A stretch of DNA of 64,000 nt from Lama glama. Lineage: Eukaryota. The notes beneath the pieces are model-generated. The model searched no databases and was not told where the DNA came from. It was given only the letters and a program-made list of their open reading frames with translations. The stretch spans positions 14,944,001 to 15,008,000 of the forward strand of contig CM052816.1 in assembly GCA_028534125.1 (NCBI GenBank), read 5' to 3'. The first letter of the stretch is position 1, and the number at the start of each line of letters is the position of its first letter. Position numbers and translations under genes: made by a program. Of this stretch, positions 46,871 to 59,135 are shown one piece after another.

Positions 46871-47569
46871 CCTCTGTGACCTTGGCTGAGCAGATTCAAT
46901 AAAGTCATCAAATAAAAACCTTTATCTAATGTGACAGACCGTTATGAAAATATTACACAGCTTGGATTCGCTTTAAATAATGCTGCTTGAAGTAGATTAC
47001 ATGAGTTGCCAAGTTTGATGATCTATATACACATAATAAATTAACTTCTAAATTCACAATTTCTTGATATTAGATCAAAGTACGTAAGTTACCGGACCTA
47101 CGGAGGCTGCCCGAGGGAAATCCTGAGGCAGTTTCTTCCTGGTGCTGAGGATACTATTTAATTCTCTGCCTATTATTTCTACTATAGGAAATCATAATTT
47201 TAAATTCTCCCCCTCTTCTGAAATAATTATAGATACCTGCTCTGTACCTCAGAATAGAAACACAAACTTCCTTTGTGAAGAGCTCTTTGTTGAACTTCCT
47301 ATTTTAGCTAAACCTTCATATGATGCATTGATGTTCACAAACTAGTTTGTGTTTACTTGTGTTTGTGCTGTGAGAAGGCTGTTTCCAGTAATTGCCATCA
47401 TAATCACTAGGCCTGTTATTCTTGCAACTGTCCGCTCCACAAAGCTCTTAAATCCTTCTCATGGGCCCAATGAAGGGGGTTTTAGAATTCCATCACTAAA
47501 AAACCTGTGAAAACCTTTTTCACGGAACTGTTCAATCGAGGAACTTTCAAAGTTTCATTTCACCTAACA

Positions 47570-47945
47570 ATCAGCACTATAGTCTTTCAGTTACTAAGTA
47601 TTATTAAGAACCTCCTATGTGTTTGCCTTATCCTGCGCTCAGAAAATAGGGTGTTTCATGAGATGAACACCACCTCAGCCTCACAAAACGTGGATCCTAA
47701 CAGGTGAGACAGGCAATTAAATTGTTACAATAAATATGTCATCAACTGCCATAAGAAGAATATAGGATAACAGAAGAACTCAAAATTGCAGGTGGGGGAT
47801 GGAAGGCTAGGAAAGGCTGGGCTCTGACAGATGAGGCGTTACCCAGGGAGGGAAACGGGGACCTAGTGACAGGGAAAAGCATGTGCACAGGTTTAGAGGC
47901 AACAGAAGAATGCAAGGGTAGTGCAGCATTTAAGGAGCACTGCGA
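47570..47945 (-). mobile_element. L2 fragment
   Basis: GTATTATTAAGAACCTCCTATGTG...GCATGTGCACAGGTTTAGAGGC. Confidence 0.6.
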
Positions 47946-48429
47946 GACAGGGATCAAACTCCCTCCCTCCTTCAGGGTGTCCTGCCTCATTACTTCTTAC
48001 TGACTTTCAAACTACCTTAAAAATTGATTACTCACTGTTATGGGTAAATGTCAAATTTTATTTTAATATTTTTGAAATTCTTTTCAGATAAGTTCAGGTA
48101 CATTTTAAAAGTGTTGTTCTCTAACCCCTCCAAGATTGCCTTACCAACCTCACTGTTCATTAATTCATTTTCATGAGGCTCAAGGAACACTTGTACATGT
48201 GAAGCATTTCCTCTTATCCCAGTTCCATCATGAGAAATACAATCATTTATTAATATTAAATGCTGCCTCATTTCAGATATGCTCCAAGTACGACAATGAA
48301 AGAAGTGTAATTTATTTCTAAAATGTAATAAACTAAGATAACTCATAACTGATGGCTCAGACTCTTATTATTTCTGAATGTCTGAGTATGCAAGAGGTGA
48401 ATGAAAATAGAATAGATATGGAGAGTTAA

Positions 48430-48605
48430 AACTAATTTTTTTCTATGAGAAACTGAGGAAATACTTAGTATAGGTTTCATTTTATACATCAAGAAACTGA
48501 GGCCCAGACAAATGGGATGTCTTAACTCCATGTTAGAAACACAAGTTTCCTAGAAATCAGATTCTGACTCCAAGTCTACTGCTTTTCTCATTATGACACA
48601 CTAAG
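48430..48605 (-). mobile_element. MIR fragment(s)
   Basis: CATTTTATACATCAAGAAACTGAGGCCCAGA...TCTGACTCCAAGTC. Confidence 0.7.
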
Positions 48606-49104
48606 ATGTTTGGTGCTCATAAAAGTGCTCTTTTTCTCTTCATTTATTTACTTTCCTAAATAAAAATACAAATCGTGTGTGGCGCGCACCAAAGGGGGCG
48701 CAGGGAGAAGCCCGACTCGACAGATGCGAGCATCTCGTTACAGCCTAAAAGAGCTTTTGGTGTTTAAAAGTGTGTGGGCCACTTGCTTAAAATTCATTTA
48801 CTTAGTCAATTAGCTGGTATTTATAAAAAACAGAAGGCCTATTTTAGGATTGTTCTAAGTGCTGGGGATACAGGACTGAATAGACAAAAATCTCTGTCCT
48901 CTATGAGCCCAGAGAGAGAATCAGACCATTGTTATCAGCTTCACCCTGCAGACATTCAGAGAAATGGATTCATTTGAACTTCGGGGGTGTGTGTGTGTGT
49001 GTAGGTGTGGGTATGAGAGAGGCAGAGATAGAGAGAGGGAGAAGCCTGTTTCATTGAAAGTTGGGTTTACTGAGATACAACTTTCATGCAGTAAATTTTA
49101 CTTT

Positions 49105-49245
49105 TTCTTTTTTGTGTGTGGGGGGAAGGGGAAGGGAACTGGGTTATGCATTTATTTGTTTATTTTAAATGGAAGTACTGGGGCCTGAAACCAGGACCTC
49201 GTGCATGCTAAACACACACTCTACCACTGAAATATACCCACCCCC
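49105..49245 (-). mobile_element. tRNA-derived camelid SINE (Vic-1 type) inside an L1MB 3' fragment
   Basis: GGAAGTACTGGGG...CCAGGACCTCGTGCATGCTAA...CTCTACCACTGAAATATACCC; flanked by AAATTT(T)ACTTTT repeats. Confidence 0.85.
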
Positions 49246-49329
49246 AAATTTACTTTTAAGGCATACAGTTTGATGACTGGCAAACATACATAGTCATTTA
49301 ACTACCAACACAATCAAGATATGGAATAT

Positions 49330-49422
49330 ATGCACTTCAATGTTCATAGAAGCACTATTTACAATAGCCAAGACATGGAAACAGCCCAGGCCCCTATGAA
49401 CAGATGATTGGTTTAAGATATA

Positions 49423-49461
<39 letters not shown>

Positions 49462-50330
49462 CACACACTGGACTATTACTCAGTCATAAAAAAGAATGAC
49501 ATACTATTCAGCCATAAAAACCGACAACATAATGCCATTTGCAGCAACGTGGATGTTCCTGGAGAATGCCATTCTAAGTGAAGTAAGCCAGAAAGAGAAA
49601 GAAAAATACCATATGAGATCGCTCATATGTGGAATCTAAAAAAAACAAAACATAAATACAAAACAGAAACAGACTCATAGACATAGAAGACAAACTTGTG
49701 GTTGCCAAGAGAGCAGGGGGTGGGAAGGGACAGACTGGGAGTTCAAAATGCAGAATAGATAAACAAGCTTATACTGTATAGCACAGGGAAGTGTATACAA
49801 GGTCTTGTGGTAGCTCACAGTGAAAAAAAAATGTGACAATGAATACATATATGTTCATGTATAACTGAAATATTGTGCTCTACACTGGAATTTGACACAA
49901 CATTGTAAAATGACTATAACTCAAAAATTTTTTTAAAAAAGGATGACATATTGCCATCTGCAGCAACATGGATGGACCTACAGAATAGTATACTAAGTGA
50001 AGTTAAGTCAGACAAAAAAAGACGTAGTGTGGCAAATCACTTATATGTGGAATCTAATAATACAAATAAATCTATATATAAAGGAAAAACAGACTCAGAC
50101 ATAGAAAACAAACATGGTTAACAAGGGGAGAGGGGCAAATTAGGAGGAGTATGGGATTAACAGATACAAACTACTACACATAAAATAGACAAGCAACAAG
50201 GATTTACTGTATTGCACAGAGAATTATATTCAGTATCTTGTAATAACCTATAATGGAATACAATCAGAAAAAAAATAACTGCATCACTATGTTCTATACC
50301 TGAAACAATATTGTAAATTCAATTTAAAAA
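49330..50330 (+). mobile_element. L1 3' end with a nested young L1 3' end (49504-49935); (AT)n(CA)n at 49427-49468
   Basis: TSD AAAAAGAATGACATA (49489-49503) and AAAAAGGATGACATA (49936-49950). Confidence 0.85.
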
Positions 50331-51819
50331 AGCAAATTATGTAAACAGACATTTTCAGACCCCCAAAGTATAAGTGTGTCACCAAGAAACCACATATTAA
50401 GCAACTCTAAAGATTATACTTTAGGCAAAAGGAACTCATATGAGAGATATGAGATGCAAGAAGAAACCAGAAAAAAGAAAATAATGAATAAGTTAGTATA
50501 ATAAAGAATAAAACTAGTATAATAATGAATAAAACTAGCATAACAATAACAATGTTTTGAGGTTTAAGAAAAAAAGATAAAATTGACACAAACTGTAGCA
50601 TGTAAATGGTTATGAAGGTAAATGAATTTAAAGTGCCTAAGATCTTGTTTAGTTCAGAAGGGGAAACTATTGATTGACTTTAAACATTGATAAGTTAGAT
50701 ATCATGCTGTAATTACTAGAGTAACCACTGAAATAGAAATACAGATGACATAACCAAAATTAGGAAAATTTAAATGAGAAAAAATACCCCCCTCAAATAA
50801 AAAGTCAGGAAGAAAGATAAAGAGATGGAAAAAATAGACAACATACATTTAAATCCAAGTAATTGAATCCAAATATGTAATTCTAAGAAAAATTAATGAA
50901 CTAAATGCTTCAGGTAAGCCCAAATATTGTGGAATTAAACAAAAACTGGATTATTTAAAGAGAATGTTTATACTGGACCACACTGATACACTAGAGACAT
51001 CTTTCTCCCCCCCTCAGCAGAAGAGGGACATCGTGGAGGGGATCAGATCAGTAAGAGAAGGTAAAAAGCATTTTCCTAACACACATATATATATATGTAA
51101 ATTAGAAAACCTGTCACAGTATTGTGTAATTTTTCCTTTACATTATATTGTCATTATTTTCAAATAAATAATCAATGAGGGTATGTCTGACATTCATTCT
51201 TATAGCCCTTCATTAGCCACATTCCATGCACAACTACATAAAATAATCATTATTTGCATACACATGAACCTGAGTTACTGTGTCTATGTGTTCCATTTCC
51301 TTCTCAGTCACTTCAGAGAGTTTCAGTCATGGTTGGTATAGTTTTAGTGGTCAATTATTCTACTTCTTTGAATACTGTTAATTAGCAGATGATATGCACT
51401 TGCCACCAATAATCTTTTGATTAACCAATTTTTCCTTTCTAAGCATGCTGGATTTGATTTCACAACAGATGAAAATCATTCATCTACTTTATTAACCACA
51501 CAACTCTTCCGTTGAAATTTATTAGTAATTACTTTATCAACATAGAAGTCCTCAACTGAAGATTTGAAAGTGTCTTCCCAAATATCTTACCAAAGCCTTG
51601 AAAAAGACAAGTGTCTGTATTAGGACGCACCTAGGCAGAGTGGATTAGCTATTTCACCCCATGGCAATAGCAGAGGGCGATTGCTAATAAAAACATCTCT
51701 ACCTTTCAGAAAGCTCTCTGGCCCCAAATATAGAAGCTGAGTTGCAACAAAAATTCTACCTTCATAGTGTTTACTTTCTTGGGGTGGGGTTGGGAGAAGG
51801 AGAAAACAAAGAAATACTC

Positions 51820-53310
51820 TATCACTTAGATAACGAATATTCCTCTATAGAGGAAAGTAAAACTGAGAAGGCGGTTAGGGAGGGAGTGGAGAGGAAGGCT
51901 ACACAGGAAAAGGTAACATCTGAATCAGAACTAATAAGGTGACGGGGCAAGGCACGTGGCTGAGAAACTCTTTCCAGGTAAAGTGAACGGTATGTGCACA
52001 GCAGACCCTCTGACCGAAGCACGTCAGTCGTGTTTAGGGGACAGAGAGAGCAGAGTAGCTGGATCAACGTGAGTTAAAGAGGTAGAGTAACGGGAGATAA
52101 GAAGGTATAAAGGAGCAGCTTGTGTTGAACTTTGTGATTATTAAACCTTTGGCTTTTACTTAGGAGACTGAAAGACTGTAAAGGAATGAACAAAACTGAC
52201 CCATCACTAAGGTTACTGTGCTGACGGCGAGAGGAAAAGTGTGGAGAATGCTTAGGAGCCTATTGCAATAATTCGCAAAAGGTTATGGTATCTTGGACCA
52301 GGGTGGTGAAAGTGGTAGTGATTAAAATTGGCTGGATTCTGAGTAAAATTTGAAGATAAAAACAGTAGGATTTGCTGAATTAGCTGTGATACAAAAAAGA
52401 GAAGTCCAAAGATACTACTGGAATTTGGCCTGAGCAACTGGAGGGATGAGTTGCCATTAACTGGCATAGGGAGGAGGGGATATGGGGGAGAAAGATCAAG
52501 AATTTACATTTGGAAGACACAAATGAACTCATCTACAAAACAGACTCACAGACATAGCAAACTTAGGGTTACCTGGGGGGAAGGGGATGGGAAAGTATAC
52601 ATTGGGAGTTCGAGATTTGCAGACATTAACTGGTATATATAAAATAGATAAACAACAAGTTTCTTCTGTATAGCACACAGAACTATATTCAATATCTGGG
52701 AGTAACCTATAATGAAAAAGAATATGAAAATGAACACATGTATGTGTATGTATGAGTGAAACATCATGCCGTGCACCAGAAATTGACATGACATTGTAAA
52801 CTGACTATACTTCAATAAAAAAAATAATAATGGAGACACAAAGACAGGAAAAAAAAGAATTTCATTTGGAATTGTTAAACTTGAGAAGCCAGTTAGACAG
52901 CCAGATAGAGATGTTGAGTGGGCAATTGGATATAGAAGTCTGGAGTCCAAGAAAGGCGTCAGAACTTAAGATAAAATTGGGTAGTCATCAGTGAATAGAT
53001 GGTGAGTAAGTCTGCGGGACTGGATGAAGTACTGAGAAGTGAGAGGAGGTAAGAGGTAAGAACCAATCCCTGTAGCGCTCTAATGCTAATGGGCTGGGGT
53101 GACGATGAGGACCTAACCAAGAAGACTAAGGGGAACGAGTGACACAGGAGGAAAACCAGTCATGTGTGAAATCCATGTAAAGAAACCATTCGAAGGAGGA
53201 AGAGGAGATTTACTATGGTCAATGCTGCAGAAAGCTCAAGTAAGATGAGACCTGAGAATCGAAAAGAGCATTTCAGCGGAATAATCATGGCATGATTAGA
53301 GTGGGCTCAG
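51820..53310 (-). mobile_element. L2 segment with a nested plus-strand L1 3' end (52516-52854)
   Basis: Reverse L2 motifs (GGCCTGAGCAACTGGAGGGATGAGTTGCCATTAACTG); nested insert TSD AAGAATTT(A)CATTTGGAA at 52498-52515 and 52855-52871. Confidence 0.8.
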
Positions 53311-53319
53311 GAAAGAATG

Positions 53320-54450
53320 GAACATTTATTTAGTAGGTTTGTTGTTGCAGTGATTTGGTGGGATAATTCTGAAGCTATCTTGTGTATATTGTATGATAGG
53401 GAAAAAAAGAGCAAGTGGGTGCTGTTTGGAACCAGTATTTTTACTGAAGGAGAAGTGAAATGTAAGGAGGCACTCTGTGCCACTGGATTTTAAATTGGAG
53501 CTATTAGAATAAACTCATGAGAACAAGTCCACTAAACACAAGAACGCACGCAGTAGCAATGAACACAAAGCACTTTGATTTTGGTTTCTAAACACTATCT
53601 CCTACTAAAAGCAACCAGAGGTCCTTATGCAAAGACCTGTTTCCAGGTCTGGGCAGTAAAAGTATAAAATCATTTCAAAGCATCATATATATTTCTGTAA
53701 AGCAAGGAATACTCAAAGCATGGGGAGATCAGGTCAGAAGAACATAGAGGTTACCTGAAAGGGATATCACTGACCACATTGAAGAGATATTGAACATTAA
53801 AAATAATAATGTATTTTAACACCCTGAATAAAAACATTTTCCCACTCCGATACTCAAAAGAGAGAAAGGGGAATAGGAAAAACTCCTTTATCCAGGAAAA
53901 AAAAAGCAGCTAATAAATGAAGAAGAAATCATAACATTAGAAAATTAAGCATTTGGTAACCCCCAACACAATCGATAATGTCAGTGAATATAAAAAAGGA
54001 TGTTAAAACCAGTGGGTGAAATCATTTAGTTCCACATGTTAATTACAAGTTTTCAAAGTACAAGTTCTCAAAGTCTATCACCCCACAAGTTACCTATTAA
54101 TTTTCAAGTGACAATTTCTCTGCAAAGGACGATGGTCCCTTCTTAAGTTGTGGGACAACCTGATACTACATACTTTTTGTAAGATTCAATATCTATGTAG
54201 GGGAACTATATATAAACATATATAGTATTCTTGCCAAACAATGTTTAACCTCAGCCTAATCACAAGAGGAAAGAATGAGACAAGTGCAGAATGTGGAACA
54301 TTGTACGGGATAACTAACCAGGACTTTTTTTTTAAAAAGTCAATTATATGGGAAACAAGTAACGTAGAGGAATCATTCTAACTTGAAAGAGATTGAAAGT
54401 CACTAATAACCAAATGCAAGGAGTTAAACACAACTGGACATTGAAATCAC
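53320..54450 (+). mobile_element. Old L1 3' fragments (L1MC4/L1ME-like)
   Basis: TTGGTTTCTAAACAC...CTCCTACTAAAAGCAACCAG and AGAATGTGGAACATT...AACTAACC motifs. Confidence 0.6.
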
Positions 54451-57202
54451 CCTGAATTATGACTAAAATAGCACTGGAGAAGATGATGAAAAACGAGCAG
54501 TTAAAATCTTTGAGAAATGAGGATGAGTGACATGAGGTCAGGAGATGATGGCCACAAGGGGAGGTAGTGGGTGGTAAGATCTGCTGATGCGAGAGTCTAA
54601 GCTGATGATATTAGGCAGAACATAGGTAGAATGATCTGGAAGTGGCAATGAGGAATTTCTTTCCAGACCCAGTTGTGTTAGGGCTAAGGAGAAACCTATA
54701 GCTATATTTTGAGAAAAATAAATGGAAATAATGTACTCCAGGAGAAGATGAATTTTCACAAAAGAGACTGAAGGTATGGGGGATTTTGCTGACTGACCCA
54801 AGGGCACAGTGGAAGGGTTTCAGGAGTGAGGAGGCTGGAGATAGCGTAAGAAAAAGGAATCCACAGAACAATATGGGAGTTGCCCTCAGGGGAAAAAGAG
54901 ATAATGGGGCAGTTCTTAACTTTTGGAAGCTGATATAAACCCTGAAGTTAATTCACAGTCCCAATGACAGATAATGTTGGTAAGGTTATGACTTGGGAGT
55001 GAGAGGGTCTTATCAAAAAACACAGAATTCTGGGGCCCTCACTTAGCTGAAATTGATGTCTTTCTATAAGCACAGCGTCACGTGGAGACCCCTTCCGACC
55101 CTCGCCAGTGCAGGTTCTGCGGCCAGAGACAAGAGGCAGTGCCATCTGGGGTGAGAGTTTCCCTCTGCTGCCTCGGATATTATCCACAGCAGGAGGAATC
55201 AAGGTTCTGGCTTTCCCCTCTTTTTGAGGACAAATCCGCTCCTGAAGCCCATGCTTCTCAGGGGTTCAGAACACGGGGCTGACAGTTGTGCTGCCAACAC
55301 TGTCAGTTCTTCTCACAGGGGGCAATGGCCTATGAGAACCAAAGGGCAACAAGGATCTGTACAGAGTAGCTCTGCCCTGAAGAGTATTCATGTTTCCCTA
55401 AGGCCAGGACGGGTATTCTTGAAATACAGGAAGTTCCGTTAGAGCCTCCCAGAAGAATTTTTTTTTAAGTTTAAAAGTTGACTACTTTCTATCACCAAGA
55501 TCAGAAACACAAAGGCCTCATCAATAACTGTGGACATTTTGGAACATCCTAATATTTAAGAGGAAATTAAAAGTAAGTCTTGCTTGCTATCAATGTTAAA
55601 AATCACAAATAGACACACCATACTGAGTCACTGTAATAATTCTCTAGCCTTAGTTCACTGAATCTCTGCGGATTCAATTTGGCATCCAATAACAGCCCAT
55701 TCTTCTCTGCCACGGTGGTCGCTGGGAGCCGATGAGGGAGACAGATAGCACCTTAGCTACAGAGACAAAGAAAGAAGTGCTTTCAGGTGACAATTTGTTT
55801 TGGAAAAAGTCTGGAAATGTGAAAATCTGATCTTTCTGGAGCAAAATGGAAGGCTTACACCACAACATCTTTTCTTAAAATCAACTTAAGAAGGAGTTAG
55901 GGTACCGGAGTTTGCCTCTGGTTATGTCCCTGACACTTAAAAAATCACCAGCCTACTCTTACAGTTTCTCCATTTGCAAGTAAAAAACTGAACTGCCCAA
56001 AAGCTTCAGAGGGGATTTTTGAGCAACTGAACACCAGGGTGTTTCAACCTCCAAGTTGGAGAAAATGTTCACATATTCAGTTCCAGACCTTAGCTAATAT
56101 GCAAGAAATGAAAATTGCTCTTCTCAGAAGAGACCGCACGTAAGCAAAGAGGACAGCCAGAGGCAGATGCCAAATTCCAAATGGGACCCTGTAAGTAATG
56201 TCTACAAAAGGAATTAAGTTTTCAGAAAGACATAATGCCCAAGGGGGATGAACAATCTTTTGTAAGCAGCTTCCTAAACTGATGGGGATTTAGTTCACCT
56301 GATACCATTTGCCTGAAAGTCAAATCTCTTGATGCCAATTTGCTTAATTAATTCATCTAAAATTAGCATTTACTAGAGCTGTGGTTCCTAATCCTGGCCA
56401 TGGATTAAGTGGTTCTGACCTGGGGCATTTTTAAAACATTAACGTAATAGACGTTTCAGACAGGCGTTCAGACAGAGTTCAGTATTCTAAACAGCCGAGT
56501 AGTACTAAATCATATCATACTGATAACCAAAAGAAAAAAATTACTTGATATAAAATTTGAGTAATATATTCCCATGGTGTAGTATTTTAAAAATACAAAA
56601 TTATATAAAATAAAGACAAGTCTCTTTTGCGTTTACCCAAAGCCACAAAGTTCTCTTCAGAGATAACCCACTGATACCAAGTCCTCATGTCTCTTTCCAG
56701 GAATATTTCACACATCTACCAGCATATATATACATGCATGCACATATATATTACAAATGATAGCTTATATTTTCCACTCTACACCAATTCTTAAAGATCT
56801 TTCCATATATAGGTACCCCATTTGCCACCCATATACTATTCCTTTGTATAGATACACTGGCATTTATTTAAGCAAGACTGTATTGGGGAGAATAGAGTGT
56901 TTTTTTGTTTTTAAATTCCCAGCTGATACACAGAATGTTGCAAGGTATATTCTTTTGCAACCATCATTTCACTTATGCTAAAATACTAGTATATATCTTT
57001 AAAATAAATTCCTGAAGTGGAATTTAGGTCAGTTTTTATAAGTCGTAGAAAATACTATCAAATCACTCTCTGCAAAACATTGTAGTAAATACTGTCAAAT
57101 TATTTTTACCAATATATCCCACCAGCAACACGTCTGAACTCAAATTACTTTCAAAAGTGAAGGCTGAGACAGGGCTGTGGAAAAGTAACGAGTTTGGGAG
57201 GT

Positions 57203-57740
57203 TGTTGGGCTGCGGGCCGAAGGTCTGCAAGCCTTGTACTTCCCCAGGAACGAGACCAAAGTGCTCAGAGACAGTGACAGAGACATCAACGATTTGTTGA
57301 CTAGGGAAACTTACAAGTCAGAAGCAAAGTCCTGGAACGACATCCCACTGCATACAGCAGAGCACAGGCAGGATGCGGCAGCAAAGATGGCCGCTGGGGG
57401 GAAGAAAGAGGTTACCATTTATAGGGGGAATTGGCGTCAGGTTGGCTCATCAGTTACCAGGGAAGCCGGCGGAGGAGCACGTGACTTACCGCCCTTCAGA
57501 TTAATGATGCTCATGATGGGCATAGTTTTCCCTTTGATAACCGAGCATGGTGGGACTATTCTGGCCTAAGGATTAGAACAATCATCAGCTGGGGTAGGGG
57601 ACAAACACATACTCAGCTACTGATAAAGCTCTTTGATTAAGAGGGAAGGTCAGTCATGTGAGTAGGGTACAGGGGAAGCAGAGACTAGTTGAATGGGGAT
57701 ATAGAAAGCAAGAAAACTGCCAGCTTGAGTGACCTAATCA
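57203..57740 (-). mobile_element. CpG-retaining solo LTR inserted into an older LTR16/LTR33-like element (~57160-58180)
   Basis: TG...CA termini (TGTTGGGCTGCGG...CTAATCA); minus-strand TATAAAT at ~57417-57423; host motif TTTGGGAGGT/GATC is split by the insertion. Confidence 0.7.
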
Positions 57741-58551
57741 GGTGATCTGAAGTAGCAAAGTGAAGAACCAAGAAAAGTGAAACAGAAGAGCCAATGAAAG
57801 GAGATCACCACTGTGGGGACCTCGGGTTCCAGCCAGCCAGAACTTCAAAGGAGGATATACGAATGTCTCCTGTAATTGTTCACACAAGGGTCAACAAGAA
57901 GAAACATTTGTCCATCAGTCCTCATCCCCCATGAGTTGAAGGTTAGCCCAGAGGTATTAAGTCCCATACTTCCAGAGTAAACCTGTACCTTCAACCACCA
58001 GCGTGCCTTGATGAGACATTAGGAAAGAAAGCAAAAAACTCAGATGTTTGAGGCAAGACACTCAGCCAGAAATGAGTCTAAGCCCACAGAGGATTTTTTT
58101 TTTTTTTCCTGCAGAAACAGCTGAAATCGGAGGTGAGATTTAGAGGCTAGGAGGTGAGGCACAAGCAGCATCTGCTACGTGGCATAGGACGGTACCTGCT
58201 GACTTGCACCTGCACCATAGAAATTTCTTAACCATTTCTAATCAATAAGTTTTTTGACTTTGTTGAACCATATATTCGAAACATCTATATTTTTCTTCTT
58301 TGCAAAATGCTCTTTGCACATTTTTCTATTGGTTTTGAGGGCTTTTATCTATTAATTTGTAGGAATCATTTACATATACAGAAATTAGCCCTTTTCTATG
58401 ACATTAATAGAAAGATACTTTATATTCTGATTTTGTTCATGGTGGTTTTTAAAAATTTGTCTATGCAAACTATTTTGTCTTATATCTTAGTATTCTGTCA
58501 CATTTAGAAAATCTTACCCCATTTTGATATTGTTTTTAAAAATCATTTATT

Positions 58552-59135
58552 TTGTGGCAGATGCTATAGCCCCCCCCCCAGTTCTCTTTTCTTTAAACAA
58601 AAACCCCTGCTTTTAATTTATCACATCCTTGCATCTAGTTTTTTTTGGGGGGGGCGCAATTAGGTCTATTTATTATTATTATTTTTTTTAATGGAAGTAC
58701 TGGGGATTGAACCTAGGACCTCGTGCATACTAAGCATGCTCTCTACCACTTGAGTTATACGCTCTCCCCCTTGCATCTAGTTTTGACCATGTGATTTATT
58801 TGTTTGTTTATTCGCCAGTGAGGTGTAAACAGAAATGTTAGATAGGACTTCTGGGAACGACTTAAAAGACTTCCTATCCTCCTTATCCCTAAAATGACTG
58901 GAGATTTAGCAGCTGTACTGAATTATGTGGGAGACCTTGACAATGAGGGAGTCTCACGCTGAGGATGGCAGAGCAGGAGATAGGACTGTAGGTCCCTAAT
59001 GACATAGTAAAGCTGCCCAACAGCTTTGACTCTCAACCTCCAGACTTCTTTTTATGAAAGGGATATAATTTCCATCACTTTTATTTTGAGTCCTTTAGAA
59101 ATATATAAACCTAAACTTATCCTAACTGATGCATC
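58552..59135 (+). mobile_element. MaLR LTR (MLT1J-like) containing a SINE
   Basis: TGTGGCAGATGCT...CTGAGGATGGCAGAGCAG...CCTCCAGACTTCTT...CCTAACTGATGCA. Confidence 0.7.
58643..58768 (-). mobile_element. tRNA-derived camelid SINE (Vic-1 type)
   Basis: GGAAGTACTGGGGATTGAACCTAGGACCTCGTGCATACTAAGCATGCTCTCTACCACTTGAG; TSD CCTTGCATCTAGTTTT at 58627-58642 and 58769-58784. Confidence 0.92.
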
